Positions 21,238 to 28,009 of a DNA stretch of 64,000 bases are shown here, in pieces (positions within the stretch are counted from its first letter, which is position 1; each line of letters opens with the position of its first letter). The position numbers and the translations under genes were made by a program. The notes beneath the pieces are model-generated. The model was not told where the DNA came from. It saw only the letters and a program-made list of their open reading frames with translations, and ran no database searches. The stretch spans positions 2,732 through 66,731 of the forward strand of contig DASUSZ010000130.1 of assembly GCA_036374815.1 (NCBI GenBank), read 5' to 3'. Origin of the DNA: Vicinamibacterales bacterium. Lineage in GTDB: Bacteria; Acidobacteriota; Vicinamibacteria; Vicinamibacterales; UBA2999.

Positions 21238-23129
21238 TCATGGCCAGACGCGTTGTCTTTCTCTTCATCTTCATCCTCAGCGTTTCGACTGCGTGGGCCC
21301 AGAACGCGCCGATCGAATATCGTCTGTCGTTCCCGGCGCCGCAGCATCGCTGGATGCAGGTCGAGGTGCGTTTCCCGAATGTGCCGAACGGTCCGTTGCA
21401 GGTCCGCATGGCGCGCACCTCGCCCGGGCGCTACGCGCTCCATGAGTTTGCGAAGAACGTCTTCGACGTGACGATCGCTGATGGCAAGGGACAGCCGCTG
21501 ACCGCGACGCGGCCCGATCCGCACCAATGGGACATCGCCTCGCACGACGGCACCGTCGTCATCACCTACAAGGTGTTTGGCGATCGCACCGACGGCACGT
21601 ATCTCGGCATCGACGACGTGCACGCGCACATCAACATCCCGGCGGCGCTGATGTTCGCGCGCGGCTGGTTCGAGCGGCCGGCGCGGGTCACGTTCGTGCA
21701 GCCGCCCGGCAAGAACTGGAAAGTCGCAACGCAGCTGTTTCCGACGGGCGATCCGCTGGTGTTCACGGCGCCGAACATCCATTACCTGATGGACAGCCCG
21801 GCCGACTTCAGCAACTTCACGCTGCGGGAATTCACCGTCGACGATGGACAGAAGAGGAATGGTCCGCCGCCGACGTTTCGCATCGCGCTGACGCACGACG
21901 GCACCGCAGCCGAGGCGGATGCCTTCGCGAAGGATGTCGAGCGCATCGTCCGCGAAACGATTCCGGTGTTTGGCGAGCTGCCGGCGTTCGAGACCAACAC
22001 GTATACCTTCCTGAGCGTGTACCTGCCGTGGGCCAATGGCGACGGCATGGAGCATCGCAACAGCACGTCGCTGACCAACTCGGGCGCGTTGCGCAATCCG
22101 CAGCAGCGCGCGGGCATCATCGGCACGGTCGCGCACGAGTTCTTTCATGCGTGGAACATGGAGCGGCTGCGCTCGGGCGGCGTCGAGCCGTTTGACTTCG
22201 AAGCAGCCGACATGAGCGACGACCTGTGGCTCGGCGAGGGCTTCACCAACTACTTCGACAGCCTGATCCAGCATCGCGCCGGGTTCAGCACCATCGACGG
22301 TTTTTCGGGCGAGCTGGCCGGCGTCATCAACACCGTGCTGCTCAGTCCGGGACGAATGTTCCGCAGCGCCGTCGACATGAGCCGGCTGGCGCCGTTCGTC
22401 GATGCGGCCGCGTCGATCGATCGCACCGCGTGGCCGAACCTGTTCATCTCGTATTACACCTACGGCCAGGCGATCGGTCTCGGCCTGGATCTGTCCCTGC
22501 GCGATCGATCGAACGGCAAGATCAGCGGCGAGGATTACATGCGCGCGCTGTGGACGCGGTTTGGCCGGCCCGGGCAGAAGGGCGAGCCCGGCAAGGTCAG
22601 CGCCACGTATTCGATCGATGGCTTGAAAGAGACGCTGGCCGCCGTTGCCGGCGATCGCAGCTTCGCGAATGACTTCTTTTCGAAGTTCATCGAGGGGCGC
22701 GAGGTCGTCGACTACGCGCGGCTGCTGGGCCGCGCCGGCCTGGTGATGCGCAAGCACGCTCCCGGGCGCCCCTTCATCGGGCAGGTCCAGCTCACCGCCG
22801 GCGGCAGCTCGTTGCGGGTCGGCAGCCTCGTGCCGTGGGAATCGCCGCTCTACAAGGCCGGCGTCGCGCAGGACGATCAGCTTCTCAATCTCAATGGCAT
22901 CGATCTGACGTCGATGATGGCCCTCGAGCAGGCGCTCGCCAGGCGCAAGGCGGGCGATCGCGTGCCGCTGCTCTTCGCCCGGCGCAGCGGCGAACGGGTC
23001 AACGCCACGATCGAGCTGGTCGAAGATCCGCGCATCGAGATCGTGCCGATCGAGAAAACCGGCGGCACGCTCACCGACGAGCAAAAGCGGTTCAGGGCGT
23101 CGTGGTTGTCATCGCTGCAGAAGCGATAG
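21234..23129 (+). CDS. M61 family (glycyl aminopeptidase-like) metallopeptidase with C-terminal PDZ
   Basis: Track ORF 21234..23129. It has a signal peptide (ARRVVFLFIFILSVSTAWAQ), the HExxH block TVAHEFFHAWNMERLR and a PDZ-like C-terminus. GTG 21234 overlaps the STK stop (GTGA); ATG 21240 is an alternative start. Confidence 0.85.
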   Translation: MIMARRVVFLFIFILSVSTAWAQNAPIEYRLSFPAPQHRWMQVEVRFPNVPNGPLQVRMARTSPGRYALHEFAKNVFDVTIADGKGQPLTATRPDPHQWDIASHDGTVVITYKVFGDRTDGTYLGIDDVHAHINIPAALMFARGWFERPARVTFVQPPGKNWKVATQLFPTGDPLVFTAPNIHYLMDSPADFSNFTLREFTVDDGQKRNGPPPTFRIALTHDGTAAEADAFAKDVERIVRETIPVFGELPAFETNTYTFLSVYLPWANGDGMEHRNSTSLTNSGALRNPQQRAGIIGTVAHEFFHAWNMERLRSGGVEPFDFEAADMSDDLWLGEGFTNYFDSLIQHRAGFSTIDGFSGELAGVINTVLLSPGRMFRSAVDMSRLAPFVDAAASIDRTAWPNLFISYYTYGQAIGLGLDLSLRDRSNGKISGEDYMRALWTRFGRPGQKGEPGKVSATYSIDGLKETLAAVAGDRSFANDFFSKFIEGREVVDYARLLGRAGLVMRKHAPGRPFIGQVQLTAGGSSLRVGSLVPWESPLYKAGVAQDDQLLNLNGIDLTSMMALEQALARRKAGDRVPLLFARRSGERVNATIELVEDPRIEIVPIEKTGGTLTDEQKRFRASWLSSLQKR

Positions 23130-23849
23130 CTGTTCCGACTGCCATCGTTCCCACGCCGCCTGTTCGACGATGTGATACTCGCCGCGCATGCGGTAGTGGC
23201 CGAGGCCGCAGAGCTGCGAGCACGCGATTTCCCAGTCGCCGATCGCCGTCGGCGTAAACCACACGCGCGCGGTCATTCCCGGATTCGCATCCTGCTTTAC
23301 GCGCATCTCGTTCAGCGTGAAGCTGTGAATCACGTCTCGGCTCGTCAGTTGGATCACCGCCGTGCGGTACACCGGAAGCATCAACACGTTCTGCACGCCG
23401 ATGTCGTCGGCGGCGGCGGGATCCGATCGATCGATGCCCACGGGATTCACGGCGCTGACGAACGTTGGCCCGGTCCGGCCGAACACGCGATCGGCGCCGG
23501 GGTAGTGGATGTTCCACGCGAACTGTTCGGCGGTGACGCGGATCTCGACCGGCTGAACACCTGGTGGCGGCGGCTCATTGCGCGCCGCCCACGCCGGCAG
23601 TGCGATCGTGGCGAGGATGATCACGTCGCCGACGATCACGGCGCCAATCGCGACGGCCGCGAAGGTACCCTTCATGCCGCGCTCGCGCGGCTCCGGATGC
23701 GCGCCTTTGCGGAACTTGACCAGCGCGATTACGAACAGCGCGAGCCAGGCCACGAAGATCAGCAGCATGTGCGCGTGCACGCTCAGCAGCACCGCATCGA
23801 GCGCGGCCGCATGATCCGAAGCTGCTCGCGGCATCCAGCGCTCAAGCAT
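23109..23849 (-). CDS. ctaC: Cytochrome c oxidase subunit II (CuA domain, no fused cytochrome c)
   Basis: Track ORF 23109..23849. It has two N-terminal TM helices and CuA ligands in VIHSFTL...EIACSQLCGLGHYRM. Confidence 0.9.
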   Translation of the reverse strand: MLERWMPRAASDHAAALDAVLLSVHAHMLLIFVAWLALFVIALVKFRKGAHPEPRERGMKGTFAAVAIGAVIVGDVIILATIALPAWAARNEPPPPGVQPVEIRVTAEQFAWNIHYPGADRVFGRTGPTFVSAVNPVGIDRSDPAAADDIGVQNVLMLPVYRTAVIQLTSRDVIHSFTLNEMRVKQDANPGMTARVWFTPTAIGDWEIACSQLCGLGHYRMRGEYHIVEQAAWERWQSEQLSLLQR

Positions 23850-23997
23850 CGCGTTGGTCCTGGCGCCAGAGCGTGACGCCGTAGCGCACGATCATGCCGG
23901 CGACAACGGTGAGGGCAAGAATCAGGATCGCCGCCCCCGCGCGCATGCCGTCGTTGATCGCGGCGCCTTCCGGTGAGTTGCAGATCGGGCAGGCCAT
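23842..23997 (-). CDS. 51-aa small membrane protein with N-terminal CxxC (unlisted mini-ORF)
   Basis: Hand translation checked base by base gives MACPICNSPEGAAINDGMRAGAAILILALTVVAGMIVRYGVTLWRQDQRDA. The ATG lies 1 nt after the subunit I/III stop (TGAcATG). Its stop overlaps the ctaC start by 8 nt (ATGCTTGA). It has high GC3 and one clear TM helix. Confidence 0.5.
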   Translation of the reverse strand: MACPICNSPEGAAINDGMRAGAAILILALTVVAGMIVRYGVTLWRQDQRDA

Positions 23998-23998
23998 G

Positions 23999-26098
23999 TC
24001 AAAAGTAGAAGCTCGCGACGATCAGGAGCCACACGAGATCGACGAAGAGCCAGTACTTCCGCGTCGCATCGATGCGCGCCAGCCACCGCTCTCGATCGTC
24101 GGCCGCCATGCTGAACCCAGGTCCGGCCAGCCAGCCCGTGAACACGGCGCCGCCGAGAACGTGCGCGGCGTGCACGCCGGTCAGCGTAAACCAGCACGCC
24201 CACATCAAGTTGGTCGACGGCAGGATGCCGTTGCCGAGCAGCGCGGCATCGTTCAACACTTTCATGATCACGAACGTCAGGCCGAGCGTGTTGCTGACGA
24301 CCAGCTGGCTGCGCTTCGCGCCGAACGCCGCGCTCGCGCCGACCAGTAATACTGTCTCGAGCCACGGAAACCCGCCGACCGGCCCCGGCCAGCTCGCCGC
24401 CCCGGCGCGCAGCATGACGTAGCCCGAAAACAGCGACGCAAACAGCATCACCTCCGACGCAATAAACAGCCAGATACCGAGCTTCGCGCGCCGGGATCCG
24501 GGATCCGGGAGATGGGAACCGGAATTCGCTTCCGGTTCGCGCTTCCCGGTTCCCGCTTCCCGGTTCCCGGTTCCCGGCTCCCGTCGTGTTCGCGCGAGCA
24601 ACAGATTCACGACGAATGGAATCTGAAATAGACCGAGCGCGAACGCGGCATATGTCATGTGGGTCTGCCATTGCAGCGTCGGCTGCGCGTGCGCGTAACT
24701 GGCGCCCGCGTCCCACAAGCGGCGATTCACGCCCATCAGGCCGATCGCGAACATCGGCATGAAGATCAGATTCATGCACACGAACGATCCCCAGAAGTGA
24801 ATCTTGCCGAGCATCTCGTCGAGCGATCGGCCGGTGATCGTCGGGAACCAGTAATAGATGCCGGCGAACAGCGCGAACACCGTGCCCGGTGCGACGAGAT
24901 AGTGAAAGTGGCCGACGACGTAATAGGTGTCGTGCAGCGTGACGTCACTCGCGGCCAGGCCAAGCGGCAGGCCGGTCAGCCCGCCGATGCCGAACATCGG
25001 CAGGAAGGCGAGCGCGAACAGCATCGGCGTGTTGAACGTGATCGAGCCGCCCCACAGCGTCAGCACCAAAGACGAAATCAAAATCACCGACGGTATCGAA
25101 ATGATGAACGTCGTCACCTGGAAGAACCCGGTCAGCGTGGTGCCCATGCCCGTCAGGAACATGTGATGCGCCCAGACGACCATCGACATGCCGCCCATGA
25201 ACAGCACGGCCGACACCATCAGGCCGTAGCCCCATAACGGCCGCCGCGCATTCGCGGTGATCACTTCCGACACGATGCCCATCGCCGGCAGGATCAGCAC
25301 GTAGACCTCTGGATGTCCGAGGAACCAGAACAGGTGCTGCCAGAGCAGCGGATTGCCGCCACCCGCCACGCCTTGCAACGGCACCCCGCCAACCATCAGC
25401 CCACTCGGCAAGAAAAAGCTCGTGCCCGCGACGCGATCCATCAACTGGAAGATCGCGGCTGCCTGCAACGCGGGAAACGCGAGCAACAACAGCAGTGCCG
25501 TGATCAGCTGCGACCAGACGAAGAACGGCATCTTCGCGAGCGTGATGCCGGCCGCGCGGCCGTGCGCAATGGTCACGATGACGTTGATCGCATTCAGCGC
25601 CGACGATACGCCGATCAGGAAAATGCCAATCAGCCAGAAATTCTGTCCGGTTGTTTCGATCACGGCGAGCGGCGCGTACGAGGTCCACCCCGATCGCGCG
25701 GCGCCGCCTTCGACGAAAAAGCTCGCGACCATGATCAGGCCGGCCGCGAGGTACAGCCAGTAGCTCAGCGCGTTGAGACGCGGGAACGCCATCTCCGGCG
25801 CGCCGATTTGCAGTGGGACGAAATAGTTGGCGAACGCCCCGGCGGCCAGCGGCACCACGGCGAGGAACACCATCACGCTGCCGTGCATCGCCACGAGCTG
25901 GTTGTAGAACTCCGGCAGCATGATGCCGCCCGGTGCGTTGGATTCGCCGACAAAGAAGGTGATCCACGCGGGCATCGGCTGGCCGGGCCAGGCCAGTTGC
26001 CATCGCATCAGGATCATCAGCAGGAAGCCGACCAGCAGGAAGAAGAGGGCCGTGATGCCGTACTGCAGGCCCACGGTCTTGTGGTCGGTCCACCGCAC
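23999..26098 (-). CDS. ctaD: Cytochrome c oxidase subunit I fused to subunit III (A-type heme-copper oxidase)
   Basis: This is the 3' 700 codons of track ORF 23999..27046. Subunit I blocks: WFLGHPEVYVLILP, VWAHHMFLTGMG, HDTYYVVGHFHYLV. After a repeat-encoded linker comes a subunit III-like part (LGIWLFIASEVMLFASLFSGY...FTLTGVHAAHVLGG...YWLFVDLVWLLIV). The start is GTG 26098 (MRWTDHKTVGLQYG). Sequence further upstream overlaps the divergent M61 gene. No in-frame stop or start separates the two parts. Confidence 0.85.
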   Translation of the reverse strand: MRWTDHKTVGLQYGITALFFLLVGFLLMILMRWQLAWPGQPMPAWITFFVGESNAPGGIMLPEFYNQLVAMHGSVMVFLAVVPLAAGAFANYFVPLQIGAPEMAFPRLNALSYWLYLAAGLIMVASFFVEGGAARSGWTSYAPLAVIETTGQNFWLIGIFLIGVSSALNAINVIVTIAHGRAAGITLAKMPFFVWSQLITALLLLLAFPALQAAAIFQLMDRVAGTSFFLPSGLMVGGVPLQGVAGGGNPLLWQHLFWFLGHPEVYVLILPAMGIVSEVITANARRPLWGYGLMVSAVLFMGGMSMVVWAHHMFLTGMGTTLTGFFQVTTFIISIPSVILISSLVLTLWGGSITFNTPMLFALAFLPMFGIGGLTGLPLGLAASDVTLHDTYYVVGHFHYLVAPGTVFALFAGIYYWFPTITGRSLDEMLGKIHFWGSFVCMNLIFMPMFAIGLMGVNRRLWDAGASYAHAQPTLQWQTHMTYAAFALGLFQIPFVVNLLLARTRREPGTGNREAGTGKREPEANSGSHLPDPGSRRAKLGIWLFIASEVMLFASLFSGYVMLRAGAASWPGPVGGFPWLETVLLVGASAAFGAKRSQLVVSNTLGLTFVIMKVLNDAALLGNGILPSTNLMWACWFTLTGVHAAHVLGGAVFTGWLAGPGFSMAADDRERWLARIDATRKYWLFVDLVWLLIVASFYF
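24490..24583. repeat. Heptamer (GGGAWCC/GGGARSC) arrays in inverted arrangement around a 9-bp perfect hairpin core, inside the ctaD I-III linker
   Basis: The plus strand reads CCGGGATCCGGGATCCGGGAGATGGGAACCGGAATTCGCTTCCGGTTCGCGCTTCCCGGTTCCCGCTTCCCGGTTCCCGGTTCCCGGCTCCCG. The core is GAACCGGAA-TTCGC-TTCCGGTTC (24516-24538). It is translated as REPGTGNREAGTGKREPEANSGSHLPDPGS. Confidence 0.9.
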
Positions 26099-26118
26099 GC
26101 GTTGATTGTAGGCGCTAT

Positions 26119-26146
26119 CGCTTTCGGCTTCCGGCTCTCGGCTTAA
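26119..26146. repeat. Degenerate heptamer run CGCTTTC GGCTTCC GGCTCTC GGCTTAA
   Basis: Read directly. It has period 7 and lies in the 60-bp divergent spacer between the ctaD start (26098) and the M61 start (26159). It is related to the GGCTCCC unit at 3540-3560. Confidence 0.6.
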
Positions 26147-26158
26147 AATACCGGCATC

Positions 26159-27961
26159 ATGAAATTCAGGTTGCTGGTGGCCGCGGCGTGGTTGTCTACG
26201 GTTGTCTTCAGCGCGACATCGGCCGGCGCGCAGACGCTCGATCCGATTCGCTACACGCTGCGCTTTCCCGCGCCGCACACGCACTACGTCGAAGTCGAAG
26301 CCGCCATTCCGGCGGCGGGGCGTCCCGAGGTCGAAGTCTACATGGCGACATGGACCCCGGGCTCGTACCTGATTCGCGAGTACGAGCGTCACGTCGAAGC
26401 GGTCACGGCAAGCGCCGGCACGCGCGCGGTCAACGTCGTCAAGTCGACCAAGAACCGCTGGAAGATCACCACCGGCGGGGCGCCGAGCGTGACGCTCCGC
26501 TACAAGGTCTACAGCCGCGAAATGACGGTCCGCAACAACTGGGTCGAGTCGGCGTTCGCGATGTTGAACGGCGCGCCAACGTTCATCACGCTCGTCGAGC
26601 GCGCGGCGCGGCCGCACGAGATTCGCATCGAGCTGCCGGCGGCGTGGAAGAGAGTCGAGACGGCGCTGGAGCCGGTGGCCGGATCGGCGAACACCTTCCG
26701 CGCACCCGACTTCGATACCGTCATCGACAGCCCGATCATCATCGGCAATCCGGTGACGCGCGAGTTCACCGTCGACGGCAAGCGTCACACCGTGGTGTTC
26801 GAAGGCGATACCGCGATGATCGATGCCGACCGCGTCGCCGCCGACGTGCAGAAGATCGTCGACCAGGGCAAGGCGGTGATGGGCTCGCTGCCGTATCCGC
26901 ACTACAAGTTCATGACGATGGTCACCGAGGCGAGCGGCGCGCTGGAGCACAAGAACAGCTATCTCGGCATGACCAGCCGCTTTGCCACGCGCACGCGCGC
27001 AGCGTATCTGTCGTTCATCGGCACGCTCGCGCACGAATACTTCCACGCGTGGAACGTCAAGCGGCTGCGTCCGGTAGAGCTCGGGCCGTTCGATTACGAG
27101 AACGAGAATTACGTGAAGACGTTGTGGGTCGCCGAGGGCTTCACGGATTACTACGCCGACATCCTCAACAAGCGCGCCGGCATCGAGACGCGCGACGAGT
27201 ACCTGAACGCGCTGTCGAACCAGATCGAGCAGGTGCAGACGATCCCGGGCCGGCTGGTCACGCCGGTCAACATGGCGTCGTTCGATACCTGGATCAAGCA
27301 GTACCGCCCCGACGAGAACACCGCGAACATGAGCGTCAACTACTACCCGAAGGGTGCGGTGATCGCGTTCCTGCTCGATGCCAAGATTCGCAAGGCCACC
27401 AACGGCGCGCGCTCGCTCGACACCGGCATGCAGTGGGCGATGCAGCGCTATTCAGGCGACAAGGGCTACACGCCCGAACAGTTCTACGCGGTGATGAGCG
27501 AAGCCGCCGGCACCGATCTCAAAGGCTGGTTTGCAAACGTCGCCGAATCCACCGAGGAGCTCGATTACACCGAGGCGCTCGAGTATTACGGACTGCGATT
27601 CCGTCCCGTCGATTCGCGCAACGCCGCGCCGTACATCGGCGGCGGCACGCGCAACGATGCCGGCCGTCTCGTCATCACGTCGGTGCGCCGCGGCACGCCC
27701 GGCATCGAGGCCGGCCTCAACGTCGACGACGAGATCATCGCGATCGACGATGTGCGCGTGCGCGCGGATGGCCTGACGGCGCGTCTCGCGCAGTACAAAC
27801 CAGGCGACAGGATTTCCGTGCTGGTCGCCAGGCGCGATCGCCTGATGAAGATCGACGTCACGCTGGGGACCGATCCCGGCCGTCCCTGGCGGCTGGAACC
27901 GCTGCCCAACGCCACGGCCGAGCAAACTGCGCACCTCAATGCATTAATTGAAGGAAAGTAG
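26159..27961 (+). CDS. M61 family metallopeptidase with C-terminal PDZ (paralogue of 21234..23129)
   Basis: Track ORF 26159..27961. It has a signal peptide (MKFRLLVAAAWLSTVVFSATSAGAQ), the block TLAHEYFHAWNVKRLRP and a PDZ-like block GTPGIEAGLNVDDEIIAIDD. Confidence 0.85.
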   Translation: MKFRLLVAAAWLSTVVFSATSAGAQTLDPIRYTLRFPAPHTHYVEVEAAIPAAGRPEVEVYMATWTPGSYLIREYERHVEAVTASAGTRAVNVVKSTKNRWKITTGGAPSVTLRYKVYSREMTVRNNWVESAFAMLNGAPTFITLVERAARPHEIRIELPAAWKRVETALEPVAGSANTFRAPDFDTVIDSPIIIGNPVTREFTVDGKRHTVVFEGDTAMIDADRVAADVQKIVDQGKAVMGSLPYPHYKFMTMVTEASGALEHKNSYLGMTSRFATRTRAAYLSFIGTLAHEYFHAWNVKRLRPVELGPFDYENENYVKTLWVAEGFTDYYADILNKRAGIETRDEYLNALSNQIEQVQTIPGRLVTPVNMASFDTWIKQYRPDENTANMSVNYYPKGAVIAFLLDAKIRKATNGARSLDTGMQWAMQRYSGDKGYTPEQFYAVMSEAAGTDLKGWFANVAESTEELDYTEALEYYGLRFRPVDSRNAAPYIGGGTRNDAGRLVITSVRRGTPGIEAGLNVDDEIIAIDDVRVRADGLTARLAQYKPGDRISVLVARRDRLMKIDVTLGTDPGRPWRLEPLPNATAEQTAHLNALIEGK

Positions 27962-28009
27962 CCGGCTGCCCAACCTTTCGCGGGGCGCTTCCGTCTATTG
28001 GAAGTGCTT

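Noticed and set aside
26099-27046. Upstream extension of the oxidase ORF (23999..27046)
   Set aside because: It is antisense to the second M61 peptidase gene. Subunit I homology starts at ...RWTDHKTVGLQYG, right after GTG 26098.
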